Positions 1 through 9,284 of a DNA stretch of 64,000 bases are shown here, one piece after another. The notes under the pieces were generated by a model, which had not been told where the DNA came from, did not search any database, and saw only the letters and a program-made list of their open reading frames with translations. Source of the stretch: a virus (taxonomy: Duplodnaviria; Caudoviricetes); the IMG/VR virus record IMGVR_UViG_2934077722_000001, positions 3,484 through 67,483 of that record; one strand, 5' to 3'. Each line of letters starts with the position of its first letter. The first letter of the stretch is position 1. The position numbers were made by a program, and so were the translations under genes.

Positions 1-3
1 GAT

Positions 4-1548
4 GTGCCGCTCACGGACGTGGGCGTGGTCAACATCAACGGTGAACGTCACCTGTTCCTGAGCCCGCAGTCCTTCGGCTCCGCCGTACGCCAGGTCAGCT
101 CAGCCATGCCGGACCTGCCGCTGGAACAGGTCGAGCGCCTGGTGCGCGAGCACTGCACGGAGTTCAAGGACTTCGATGAGCTGCTCGGGCCCATCGAGCC
201 TGCCCCGCCGGTCGACCTGCCGCCACCTCCGGCGGAGCCCCCTGCCTCTGCCCGCCCCCGCGGCCGCGCGAAGAGGTGGGCCGTTGCGGCGGCGCTGCTT
301 CCCGCGCTCGCCGGAAGCTGGGCGCTGGGCCACTTCACCGGGCACGACGTGGCAGAGACGACGGCGAGCGCACCGGACGTGAGCCCGAACTCCACCGAGG
401 CGTCCGACAGGATGCAGTCGGCGGCGCAGCCGTTCAACGATCCGAAGTTCATGGACTTCTCGGACGCCGGGCAGATTGACTGCCAGACGCTCGGCACGCT
501 AGAGGCCGAGTGCACCGACTCGGACGGCATGGTGATGTCGTCGAAAGCCGCACTTGGCCCGGACAGTACGATCTTCACGTTCTCCTACGGGTCGGAACAG
601 ATCGGGTTGCGCATCTTTAGCGATCCCGACTACGCGAAGACATGGACGCAGCAGGACGGGACGACGAAGCTGTACCCCAACCTCGTCCGTTCCGGCCGGT
701 ACGTGCTGTGGGGCACGGATAAAGAGCGCCTGCACGAATACCTGAAGCTGCTGCACACCTCGTCGAAGAAGTTGCCCGCCGGCGCGCACGCCATGGGCAA
801 CGCCACGCCGCTCCCGCCTCGCCTGGCCGCGCTCACGCTGGGCACACTGGGGCTCAACGAGCGCGATGTGCACACCATCCTGTTCTCGCCGCAGAACGCC
901 ACAGCTGACACGCCCGTCTTCCTGGCCGCGCGGGCGGTACTCGGTGTCCGGGAAGATGTGCCGTCGCGTGCGAAGGATGGGGACGACGACATTGTGGCCC
1001 TCGCGGCCGGGATCGAGCCGCTGCCCGTCGCGACCACCCCGGATCAGAAGCCGAGTACGAAGCCTCCGGTAGTCCAGGCCACCGCCGCTGGCCGTGGTTC
1101 GACATCGACGGGCAGCTCCGGGGCATCGCAGGCGACTTCGGCGGCCCCCTCGGCCGACCCTGCGCCGGAGCCGAAGTCGACCGCGGATGAGCAGAAGCCG
1201 ACGGAGCAAGAGCAGACGCAGGTTGAGGAAAAGCCCGGCGAATCGGAGCAACCCGCGACGGACCCGACGCCCGGCACGGACACGCAGTCGGAACCCGCCC
1301 AACCAGAGCAGCGGGAGCAGTCGACCGAGCCTCAGGCCGGGACGGTCGTCCCGACTCCTCCGGCTGAGGCGAGGCCGGCACCACTGCAGAAGCCGGACCC
1401 GGCCGATCCGCAGGTGCCCGCCAAGGACGCTGGCGGCACCGTCGAGCTGGGCATCCCTGGGCCTAGCGACGCCGCTCCCGTAGAGGACGGCGACGAAGGC
1501 GGGGAGCTGCTGACGTTGCCGCAAGCCTGGATAGCCCCGGCTGCCTAG
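4..1548 (+). CDS. Hypothetical single-pass membrane protein with a Pro/Ser/Glu-rich C-terminal tail
   Basis: 514-aa ORF; hydrophobic segment WAVAAALLPALAGSWALG after a basic patch; GC-typical codon usage; low-complexity tail. Confidence 0.6.
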   Translation: MPLTDVGVVNINGERHLFLSPQSFGSAVRQVSSAMPDLPLEQVERLVREHCTEFKDFDELLGPIEPAPPVDLPPPPAEPPASARPRGRAKRWAVAAALLPALAGSWALGHFTGHDVAETTASAPDVSPNSTEASDRMQSAAQPFNDPKFMDFSDAGQIDCQTLGTLEAECTDSDGMVMSSKAALGPDSTIFTFSYGSEQIGLRIFSDPDYAKTWTQQDGTTKLYPNLVRSGRYVLWGTDKERLHEYLKLLHTSSKKLPAGAHAMGNATPLPPRLAALTLGTLGLNERDVHTILFSPQNATADTPVFLAARAVLGVREDVPSRAKDGDDDIVALAAGIEPLPVATTPDQKPSTKPPVVQATAAGRGSTSTGSSGASQATSAAPSADPAPEPKSTADEQKPTEQEQTQVEEKPGESEQPATDPTPGTDTQSEPAQPEQREQSTEPQAGTVVPTPPAEARPAPLQKPDPADPQVPAKDAGGTVELGIPGPSDAAPVEDGDEGGELLTLPQAWIAPAA

Positions 1549-1603
1549 CAGGACGCACCACGCAGGATGGCCCCTGCGCGGCGCTTTCTCGTTGTGGGGC
1601 GGA

Positions 1604-2041
1604 TCAGAAGGGTGGTTCGGTGGCCCACTGGTCGTCGGCCACAGGACGGCCAGCGGGGGCGGTGGCCGGGCGCTGTCCGCCGGTCTTGGTGACCTTGGCG
1701 GTCGCGTTCTTCAGGCTCACGCCGACGTCCTCGACCTCGAGTTCGTACATGGTGCGCTTGATGCCCTCCCGGTCCTCGTACGAGCGCTGCTTGAGGCGGC
1801 CCTGCACGATGACGCGGGTGCCGCGGGTCAGGGACTCGGCGACGTTCTCCGCGGCCTGTCGCCACACGGCGCAGGTCATGAACAGGCTCTCGCCGTCCTT
1901 CCACTCGTTGGTCTGCCGGTCGAAGGTGCGCGGGGTCGAGGCGACGCGGAACTTGGCCACCGCGGCGCCGGACGGGGTGAAGCGGAGTTCGGGGTCGTCG
2001 ACCAGGTTGCCGATCAGGGTGATGACGGTCTCGCCTGCCAC
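1604..2041 (-). CDS. ssb: Single-stranded DNA-binding protein
   Basis: [37 protein letters not shown]... is the actinobacterial SSB N-terminus; acidic tail ending EPPF; GTG start at 2041. Confidence 0.95.
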   Translation of the reverse strand: MAGETVITLIGNLVDDPELRFTPSGAAVAKFRVASTPRTFDRQTNEWKDGESLFMTCAVWRQAAENVAESLTRGTRVIVQGRLKQRSYEDREGIKRTMYELEVEDVGVSLKNATAKVTKTGGQRPATAPAGRPVADDQWATEPPF

Positions 2042-2103
2042 GGACGGGCCTTTCAGATTCGGCGGTGGGCCCGCCGCAGGGTGGGCCCACCGCAGGGGCA
2101 AGG

Positions 2104-3024
2104 TCAGGAGAACAGCAGGCGCCAGGTGAGCGGGCCGGGGATGCCGTCAGGGTCGCCGCGCAGCTCCTTACGGGAGCGCTGGAAGTCGGCGATGTTCTGG
2201 CGGTCTGCGTCTGACCACTTAGGGCCGGGCCCGGAGGTGTAGTGCCGGCCGAAGCCCTTCTTCACGAGCTGCTTGCCGAGCAGCGTGATGTGCGAGTTGT
2301 TCTTGCCAGGCCCGAAGTACGAGGCACCGGGAAAGGGCGGCATGGGCTTCGGCTTGCTGGTCCCGCCGGAACTGGACCCGTCGGAGGAGCCGCCGGGCAC
2401 CTTGGCCTTCGCCTTTGCCAGCGAGATCAGCTTGGCGAAGTCGATGTCACCGGGATCTCCGTGGGCGTTCTCTGGGACATGGGAGTGCCCGCACCAGCCG
2501 TTGAAGTTGTTCCACTCCGAGTACGACATCCGGGCCTTCGTCTTGCCGTACGACGACGGGTAGGCGAGCCACGTGTTCGGGCCGGAAAGCGGGATGCCGT
2601 TGTTCTTGTACTGCCACGCCAGGAACGCGGCGAGGCTGTCCAGTGCCCACTCCGGCGCGTCCGGCCAGTAGATGTAGTCCGTGCCGGCCTTGGCGCCGTT
2701 CCAGGACTTCGCGTGCGTGGGGTCGCACGTGCCCACCAGCTCGATCTGGATGCAGTTGAGGGTATTGGTCTCGACGCCGCCGGCGAGGTTGACCAGGGCG
2801 CGGGCGGAGCGGTTGAAGGCGTAGTGCTGGTAGAAGTCCAGCCGCTTCTTTGCGAAGTTGGGGTTTGCGGTGATGTTCGGGGCCTCGGCACCGCTGCCGT
2901 ACGACGGCAGGGACGTGCCCTCGGTGGTGTGGAGCACGCCGCAGTTCGGCTTGACCACGTCGCCCTCGTAGCGGGACGAGTAGTCGTAGGCGCGGCTGGC
3001 GCCGGGGTAGTAGTTGACGGTCAC
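2104..3024 (-). CDS. Endolysin: amidase-2-like domain plus C-terminal peptidoglycan-binding domain
   Basis: [27 protein letters not shown] amidase motifs; Gly/Ser linker; PG-binding tail ending [12 protein letters not shown]. Confidence 0.88.
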   Translation of the reverse strand: MTVNYYPGASRAYDYSSRYEGDVVKPNCGVLHTTEGTSLPSYGSGAEAPNITANPNFAKKRLDFYQHYAFNRSARALVNLAGGVETNTLNCIQIELVGTCDPTHAKSWNGAKAGTDYIYWPDAPEWALDSLAAFLAWQYKNNGIPLSGPNTWLAYPSSYGKTKARMSYSEWNNFNGWCGHSHVPENAHGDPGDIDFAKLISLAKAKAKVPGGSSDGSSSGGTSKPKPMPPFPGASYFGPGKNNSHITLLGKQLVKKGFGRHYTSGPGPKWSDADRQNIADFQRSRKELRGDPDGIPGPLTWRLLFS

Positions 3025-3062
3025 GATGTGCTTCCTCCGGTGCTGGTGAGCAAGGAGGGAGC

Positions 3063-3099
3063 ACCGTGACCGCCGGTGCGCATTAGTGTCGCGCGCTGC
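3063..3099 (-). promoter_or_regulatory. Late-promoter motif (endolysin)
   Basis: GCAGCGCGCGAC-ACTAA...19 nt...CACGGT. Confidence 0.7.
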
Positions 3100-3135
3100 C
3101 TGGTGCGGGTCGACATGGGCACGACCGTGCGGCGC

Positions 3136-3777
3136 TCAGCCGTCGACCACCTCCGCGTCCACGACGCTGCCGTCCTCCAGCTCCGGCGGGTCGGGGTACT
3201 GCACGGCGAACAGCGTCTGGTTCAGACGCTCGGCGAGTGCGCCCAGATCGATTCGTTCCTCTTGGGTCGGCTCGCTGCTGTCCAGGCCGGTGATCTCGAT
3301 AGCGAGCGCTGCGTCCTTGCCGTAGTGGTTGCGGTGCTGCCGCTCCAGATACCAGGCGTCGGCGCGCCAGTCCGGCGCTGTGCGGTCCTCGGTGACCTCC
3401 TCGACGATCTGGCCGGTCTCCGGGTCGCGGAACTTCCTCGTCGTGACCTTGGTGACGATCCCGCCGTCCGCGACGCGCCTGATGTTGGCCATGGCGCGGG
3501 CCGCTGCCATAGCGCGGGCAGTGCGCACCTTCTCGAACAGTTCGACGTAGGGGTCTTTGTCCCGGTCCGGCTTTTGGCCGTCCTCGCGCGCGGCGACTTC
3601 GGCGCGGCCGCGGGCCATCCAGCGGTGGTAGGTGGCGCTCGAGATGCCGGCCGCCTCGGCGGCGAGTTCTACAGCGATGCCGGTGCGGGAGGCGGCGATG
3701 ATGCGCCCTTCGACCTCTTCGGATAGCAGGGTGGGGCGTCCGGCGCCGGAGCGGCGGGGCTTTCGGCGGTTGGTCAT
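3136..3777 (-). CDS. Terminase small subunit-like HTH protein
   Basis: GRPTLL...AAEAAGISSATYHRW HTH and DWRADAWYLER motif typical of actinophage TerS-like proteins; ATG at 3777. Confidence 0.6.
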   Translation of the reverse strand: MTNRRKPRRSGAGRPTLLSEEVEGRIIAASRTGIAVELAAEAAGISSATYHRWMARGRAEVAAREDGQKPDRDKDPYVELFEKVRTARAMAAARAMANIRRVADGGIVTKVTTRKFRDPETGQIVEEVTEDRTAPDWRADAWYLERQHRNHYGKDAALAIEITGLDSSEPTQEERIDLGALAERLNQTLFAVQYPDPPELEDGSVVDAEVVDG

Positions 3778-3788
3778 GGGGCTATTCC

Positions 3789-4430
3789 TCAGCGTCCGGG
3801 CGTGAACGCGTGGCCGCAGGCCGGGCAGGTGGCAAGGCGGGCGCGTCCCTCGTCGTCTGGGCTGAGGCCATCGCCGTCCAGGCCGTGACGACTGTCGTCC
3901 GGCAGGTGCAGCACGGGTGCCTGGCCGTCGTTGATGGCGCCCGGCAGGGTCTCTGGGTCGACCTGGCGTAGCAGAGTTTCCAGTTCGTCCTCGGGGATGG
4001 CGAGGGAGTCGAACAGCTCGGCGTCGGCGGTCACGATGTCTTCGAGGTAGGCGGCGAGGGAGCGCGGCTGCCATCCACCGTCAGCGCCGATCTTGTTGAG
4101 CTTGATGTTCAGGGCCTTGGCCTCGGCATCGGAGCGGGAGGCCCAGCCTCGCTGGACGGGGACGAGCCACCCGCCGTCGTTGTCCAGGAGTAGCCCGCCG
4201 GGGAGCCGTTCGCCCCGCGCCTGCATTTCGATCAGGGCCTCGCGGCGGCCGTGGCCGCCCAGGATGGTGCCCGTTCGCTCGTCGGCGATGGGTTGGTCGA
4301 CGAAGCCGTGTGTGCGGATGCTCTCGATGATGCGCTCGACCTCGTGCTTCTTCGGGTTTCCGGGCGCGGGGGCAAGGTCTTTCAGCGGCACGTAGGTGGT
4401 GTAGCGGGGCGCGGGCACGGTCTCGGTCAC
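3789..4430 (-). CDS. ParB/Srx N-terminal domain protein with C-terminal CxxC
   Basis: NPKKH...IESIRTHGF..PI...ILGGHGRREA; ends CPACGHAF. Confidence 0.8.
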   Translation of the reverse strand: MTETVPAPRYTTYVPLKDLAPAPGNPKKHEVERIIESIRTHGFVDQPIADERTGTILGGHGRREALIEMQARGERLPGGLLLDNDGGWLVPVQRGWASRSDAEAKALNIKLNKIGADGGWQPRSLAAYLEDIVTADAELFDSLAIPEDELETLLRQVDPETLPGAINDGQAPVLHLPDDSRHGLDGDGLSPDDEGRARLATCPACGHAFTPGR

Positions 4431-4474
4431 GGATGTCCTTCCGGCGGTTCGTGGTGCCGGCGGCGGGCGTGGTC

Positions 4475-4549
4475 TGCGAGCCCGCGGACTTCAACCGCGG
4501 CGCCCCGCCTCGCAAGCGGGACATGCCGTCATGGCCGGGCCGCGCCCGC
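4475..4549 (-). ncRNA. tRNA-like element (degenerate, GCG anticodon loop)
   Basis: 75 nt; acceptor GCGGGCG/GGCTCGC-A, anticodon arm CCCGC-TTGCGAG-GCGGG, T-like arm CGCGG-TTGAAGT-CCGCG; D arm non-canonical. Confidence 0.4.
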
Positions 4550-4639
4550 CGCCGGGCCGGTGCCGTCCTCGTTCCGGATGGGGCGGCGCCGGAGCCCGCC
4601 AGCCTCTGGCGACGTCACCAGGGCGGGAGAGCCGGGCGG

Positions 4640-4676
4640 AAGATAGGGCGCGCGGACCGTTTGTGTCGCGGCCGCG
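4640..4676 (-). promoter_or_regulatory. Late-promoter motif (ParB-TerS)
   Basis: GCCGCGAC-ACAAA...19 nt...TATCTT. Confidence 0.55.
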
Positions 4677-4788
4677 GCCGCACTCTTCTCGGGAGCCAAC
4701 GGAAGGCGTGGTGGAGCCGGTTCGGCCTTCGCCGGGCCGGTCGGCGTCGTACAGATTCGATGGGGGCGGCGCCCGCTACACACCAAGC

Positions 4789-4807
4789 GACGCGTGCTGT
4801 ACTATTT
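4789..4807 (-). promoter_or_regulatory. Putative operator AAATAGTACAGCACGCGTC
   Basis: 18/19 identical to 9188-9206 on the opposite strand. Confidence 0.55.
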
Positions 4808-4953
4808 CTCTGGCTGGGAGAGCGACCCAGCTACCTGGGCCTAGGTGTAACAGATTTCGCCGGTTGTCGTACTTGCTGGCGAAGCCCTCTACGCCCCGCC
4901 CAGGACAGACCCGAAAAGCCCTGGGCCAAGCCGAGGGTGAGAAAGGACCCACC

Positions 4954-5535
4954 ATGTCGTACGACGACGCCGTCCAGGCGCCGGAGCCCGCCCTGTCCCT
5001 GGGCGACGCCGCCCTGCTCTCGGTCTTCGCCAAGCTGTTCAAGGACCACGTCGTGCCCGCGATCGACGAGAAAATCGCCGCCGTAAAGGGTCCGCTCCTT
5101 GACGCGTACGAGAACCCCGAGAGCAGCACCAAGTCTGTCGATGCCAAGGTCAACGGGGTCGCCGTCGCCACGCACACGGTGGCCATCTCCAAGGACAAGT
5201 ACGTCGTTGGCGATGAGGATGCGTTCAACGAGTTCGCCGAGGAGAAGGGCGAGGCGGAGGTCATCATCCAGGCACGCCCCGCCTTCCGGGACGCGATGAT
5301 CAAGCGCGCCATCTACGACAAGGCGACGGGTGTCATCGTCGACAAGCTCACCGGCGAAGAGATCCCCGGCCTGACCCGCATTCCCGGTGGCAAGCCGACC
5401 GGTTCCGTAGCCCTCCGCTGGAAGGAGGGCGGCCAGGAAGCCGTGATGGAGGCTTTCCGCGAGGGGCAGCTCGACGGGCTGCTGCGCGGCGTGCCGATGC
5501 TCCCCGCCGCGCCCGACCGCGGCTCGCGACAGTAG
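4954..5535 (+). CDS. Hypothetical phage protein
   Basis: GAAAGGA RBS then ATG at 4954 (MSYDDAVQAPE...); strong GC3 codon bias. Confidence 0.7.
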   Translation: MSYDDAVQAPEPALSLGDAALLSVFAKLFKDHVVPAIDEKIAAVKGPLLDAYENPESSTKSVDAKVNGVAVATHTVAISKDKYVVGDEDAFNEFAEEKGEAEVIIQARPAFRDAMIKRAIYDKATGVIVDKLTGEEIPGLTRIPGGKPTGSVALRWKEGGQEAVMEAFREGQLDGLLRGVPMLPAAPDRGSRQ

Positions 5536-5605
5536 CCCGCGCGCACAGTCGAACGACGCCCGGCCGCACCCTCCGTGGGACCGGGCCCTTCCCGAAGGAT
5601 CACCC

Positions 5606-5893
5606 TTGTCCACCCACACCGACATCGGTCCGGCGCGCGCCGGGGGCATATCCGACCGTGCGTTCCGCCTGTACTGCTACCTCGCCCTGGAGAGCGACGG
5701 CGGATGGGTCGGCGTCCAAGACGCCGCCGACGCATGCAACCTGACCAACCACCAGGCGCGCGAACCCCTCTCCGAACTCCGCAAAGAGGGCATGGTCGAG
5801 TCGCAGCGCGTGTACGAAATGGGCGCCCACGGCCGCAAGACGTGGCACACCTACTTCCGGCTGCCGCTGGAGACGAGCGAGGCAGCAGCGTGA
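5606..5893 (+). CDS. Small winged-HTH protein
   Basis: ISDRAFRLYCYL...AADACNLTNHQAREPLSELRKEGMV; overlaps next gene (GTGA). Confidence 0.7.
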   Translation: MSTHTDIGPARAGGISDRAFRLYCYLALESDGGWVGVQDAADACNLTNHQAREPLSELRKEGMVESQRVYEMGAHGRKTWHTYFRLPLETSEAAA

Positions 5894-6885
5894 CCAACCG
5901 CAGCGCGGTGCGAAGGAACCGGCGCACCTACTTCGTCCAAGTCGAGTCCCAGACCGCCCGTGACGACCGCATCAGCTTCCGCGCCCTCGGCCTGCTGACG
6001 TACTGCCTCGACCAGCACGAGAGTTGGAACGTCCGCTCCGAGCAACTCGCCCGGGGCGAGGGACGCGAGGGGCGTGACGCCGTCCGCAAGGCACTGCACG
6101 AGCTGGCCGCGCACGGCTACTACCGACTGGAGCGGCGGCGCTTCCTCGACGGCAAGACGGCCATGGGGGCGGCGGTCAGCGAGTACCCCGTGGAGCAGTG
6201 GGCCCAGGACTACGTCACCTTCGGCGGAAAGCTGGACGTCCCCGTCGTCGAGCAGGAAGACGGTTCGTTCCGCGTCCGCTACCCCGATAGCACCCTCGGC
6301 CCGGACGGCTTCGCGCTCGACCCCGAGTCGACCGTGCCGGACGAAGCCCCCGCCGACGCCGACGCCGCCCCGGACCCGGGACCGGAGGCGAAGCCGAAAA
6401 AGAAGCCGCGTACCGCCCCGCCGGCCGCCGCTCGCTGCGCCGCGCAGAAGAAGGCCCAGCAGCCGGAGAAACAGGAGGAGCCGACGACCAGGGAGGCCAA
6501 AGGGAAGACGCCCGCCCAAGAAGTTGCCACCTGGTACTACGAGCACGCCACGCAGTACCTGGGCCCCTACGCGGGCAAGCAGAAATCCGGCTGGTACTTC
6601 GGGCTCGTCAAGCTCAGCCAGCAGGCCCTGGAGGCCAAGTACACGCAGAAGCAGGTAGCCAAGGCGTTCCAGCGCACCGGGGTTCACTTCCCTACAGCGC
6701 ACCAGTTCCAGCGTGCACTGAGCGATGAGCGGAACAACAAGCCGATGCCTGCCCAGTACGGGGGCAGACCCGCCCCCTACAGCGATGCCGCGACCTGGGG
6801 AACGTACGGCACCGGCGAGCCGCCTGCCCCGGGTGCCCCCAACGACCTCGACGGCGGCGCCACGTTCGGCATCGTCCCCGCCTGA
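5890..6885 (+). CDS. Putative replication initiator (HTH, lambda O/DnaD-like position)
   Basis: RISFRALGLLTY...EGRDAVRKALHELAAHGY HTH; immediately upstream of a DnaC-like ATPase. Confidence 0.7.
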   Translation: MTNRSAVRRNRRTYFVQVESQTARDDRISFRALGLLTYCLDQHESWNVRSEQLARGEGREGRDAVRKALHELAAHGYYRLERRRFLDGKTAMGAAVSEYPVEQWAQDYVTFGGKLDVPVVEQEDGSFRVRYPDSTLGPDGFALDPESTVPDEAPADADAAPDPGPEAKPKKKPRTAPPAAARCAAQKKAQQPEKQEEPTTREAKGKTPAQEVATWYYEHATQYLGPYAGKQKSGWYFGLVKLSQQALEAKYTQKQVAKAFQRTGVHFPTAHQFQRALSDERNNKPMPAQYGGRPAPYSDAATWGTYGTGEPPAPGAPNDLDGGATFGIVPA

Positions 6886-6904
6886 TGCGAAAGGAGAAAG
6901 AGTA

Positions 6905-7702
6905 GTGAGCACCCTGGCAGCCGAACGCGTCGTCCCCGAGCGTGAGCCGAAGCGACTGTTCGAGATCACGGACCGCATGGTCGCGGCCCTTCGGCGCGGC
7001 GGGGCCGACCTCTCGCAGCTCGGCGTGCCCGCGCCGACCGAGGCGGATGACCTTGAGCTGTGGGAGGACGTCTCGGTCCCGCAGGCCCGCGCCCGCGCTC
7101 TCGCCTGGTTCAACAGCATGAAGGCGGCCGACCATGACGACTACCTGAAGTGGCGGTTCTGCGACCTGGACGACAACCAGCGGCCCCAGGCGCTGAGCGG
7201 CTGGCTCGACTCGGTCGTCGAGGCCAAGCGGAAGAAGGCGCGTCCCAATGTCATGCACTTCATCCTGTCCGGGAACATCGGCTCGGGGAAAACCACCGCG
7301 GTGGCCGCGCTCGGCAACGAGGCCAGCGACCGCGGGCTCCTCGTGCGGTTCGTACAGCACTCCACGTACCTCACGTGGCTCCGTCCCGACGGGGGGCCCG
7401 ACGACATGAGCCGGTACCAGGTCCGCAAGCGCCACGTCGAAGACCCGGACGTACTGATCCTCGACGAGCTGTGCGGCGAAATGGAGGGCGTGCAGACGGA
7501 GTTCGTCCGTCGAGTAACCACCGATCTGGTCGGCTCCCGACTGGCGTCGGGTAGACCGACGTTGTTCTCCACGAACCTGCGACGCGACGGCATCAAGGCC
7601 GTCCTCGGCGAGCGACTGCTCTCCCGCATCGAGGACCGGGCGTACCTGGCCAAGGTTCTCGGGCCTGACCGGCGCACGCCCCGCAAGCCCTTGGAGTGGT
7701 GA
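6905..7702 (+). CDS. DnaC/IstB-like AAA+ ATPase (helicase loader)
   Basis: Walker A GNIGSGKT, Walker B LILDEL, PTLFSTNL, LGERLLSRI; GGAGA RBS. Confidence 0.88.
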   Translation: MSTLAAERVVPEREPKRLFEITDRMVAALRRGGADLSQLGVPAPTEADDLELWEDVSVPQARARALAWFNSMKAADHDDYLKWRFCDLDDNQRPQALSGWLDSVVEAKRKKARPNVMHFILSGNIGSGKTTAVAALGNEASDRGLLVRFVQHSTYLTWLRPDGGPDDMSRYQVRKRHVEDPDVLILDELCGEMEGVQTEFVRRVTTDLVGSRLASGRPTLFSTNLRRDGIKAVLGERLLSRIEDRAYLAKVLGPDRRTPRKPLEW

Positions 7703-7770
7703 ACGTCCGCCCACGTACTGGCCGGTGATGGAACGTAGGGAAGCACGCCGGGCGCAGGACGCTATATCGT

Positions 7771-8820
7771 TTGGGCAACTTGAGGGCCGACGAGCATAGG
7801 TCCTCGGGAAGACCCGAACGAAAGGGACGTGTCTTGCCCAAGCTGCCCACCATACGTGCCATCACCCAGGGTGAGCGGGAGCTGCGGGATTGGCACCGCA
7901 ACCTGCGCATCGGAGCCGCGACGGCGGGCTTCGGGATGATGCTTGCCTCGCTCTACCAACTCCACTGGGCCGGGACACTCATCGGATTCCCCACGTTCGC
8001 GGCCGGGGCGATGGCCGGTTCGCTGGAACTACTCCTCGCCTTCAATGCCGGGGCGGTCACCTCTATTCGGCGCCGCGGGCAAGACGGACGCGAGGGCGGC
8101 TACTACTGGTCGCTGTGGGGCATCTTCGCGTTCCTGCTGTGCATCTCGATTGCTGCGAACGTCGGTCACGCCATGGTCGCGCTGTCCGAGTGGTTCAGTG
8201 CCGGCGACGCCCCGACCGTAATGGCGGAGAACCGCGTGTACGTGTACGTGGTCGGCAGCGCCGTCGCCGCGATGGTGCCCCTCGGCGGCTCGTTTGGGCT
8301 CCACATCTCCGGGTTCGTTCGCGCGCGCGGTGCGGGATCGGACTGGGTCGACGAGGACGGTACCGGCGCGCTGCTCGACACCGCGGTGCCCGTCTCCGCG
8401 GCGCCGCGGAAGGGGCCGACGTCCGGTCCCGTGGCGAAGGCTCCCGCGCAGAAGCGTGCACCTGAGCAGAAGCAGACCGAGGAACCGGCGCCCGACCCGA
8501 AGGGTGAGACGTCGCAGCGGTCCGAGGAAGAGCCGGAGGACACCCCGAAGATCGAGCCGGTGCAGGTGCTGCCCGAGGAGGAGTTGTACGCCATCTACAA
8601 GGCCGCCAGGGACGCTGACGAGGAGTACCGCTTCGGTCCGCGAGGGGACTTGAACCCGACGCAGCTCGGCCGCCGTCTTGGGCAAAGCCCGCAGAACGGC
8701 CGGAAGAACGTCGGTCCGCGCTTCGTCTCCCGGTACGAGGCGGAGAAGCAGCAGGAGCGCGGCGACGGTGTGAACATGGACGACCTTGCGGCCGATACCG
8801 AAGCTACTCAGGCACCCTGA
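7771..8820 (+). CDS. Multi-pass membrane protein, Spd/DUF2637-like, with C-terminal HTH-like end
   Basis: Four hydrophobic segments including SIAANVGHA, then an acidic linker and PTQLGRRLG; start may be at ~7834. Confidence 0.55.
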   Translation: MGNLRADEHRSSGRPERKGRVLPKLPTIRAITQGERELRDWHRNLRIGAATAGFGMMLASLYQLHWAGTLIGFPTFAAGAMAGSLELLLAFNAGAVTSIRRRGQDGREGGYYWSLWGIFAFLLCISIAANVGHAMVALSEWFSAGDAPTVMAENRVYVYVVGSAVAAMVPLGGSFGLHISGFVRARGAGSDWVDEDGTGALLDTAVPVSAAPRKGPTSGPVAKAPAQKRAPEQKQTEEPAPDPKGETSQRSEEEPEDTPKIEPVQVLPEEELYAIYKAARDADEEYRFGPRGDLNPTQLGRRLGQSPQNGRKNVGPRFVSRYEAEKQQERGDGVNMDDLAADTEATQAP

Positions 8821-9163
8821 CGTCCCGCCACCCGCACGACTTCGCGGCGGGCGCACCCGATCCGGGGCGCCCGCCGCTGGCACGATCGGACCGTTCATGA
8901 CCCCCGAGATCCTTGCTCCCCTCGCGGCCTCCCGTGCGTACCGTGACTTGTCCGGCTTGGCCCGTCAGGGGGTAGGCAGCATCAGCTCCAGCAGGGGGAG
9001 CAGCGAGCGGATTCAGGAGGCGCGCCGGCTGCGGGCGATGGTCACGAACTCGTCGACCTGGTCGTGCTCGGCGAGGCCCTGGGATGACTGGATGCCTGGT
9101 ACCGGGGGCACGCGAGGACACTGATCCGGCCGCGGAGAATCCGGCCTCTGAGCTGCTGCAAGG

Positions 9164-9206
9164 TTGATTTTCAGGCCAGACACGCTAAAATAGTACAGCG
9201 CGCGTC
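9164..9206 (+). promoter_or_regulatory. Housekeeping-type promoter (TTGATT-16-TAAAAT) overlapped by operator AAATAGTACAGCGCGCGTC
   Basis: AT-rich hexamers upstream of the AAA gene; operator repeats at 4789-4807. Confidence 0.5.
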
Positions 9207-9284
9207 AGGGCGAGAGGTTAAGGCTCTGAACGCCGCAGCATCCGGGAGAGCAACCCGGAAGACCCGAAGCGAAAGGCCCGTTCC

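Noticed and set aside
6905-7702. IS21 IstB helper gene
   Set aside because: No IstA transposase or IS21 ends; the context after an initiator-like gene favours a helicase loader
8897-9120. Possible small ORF or gene fragment between the Spd-like and AAA genes
   Set aside because: The best-looking minus-strand frame has an internal stop and no identifiable family
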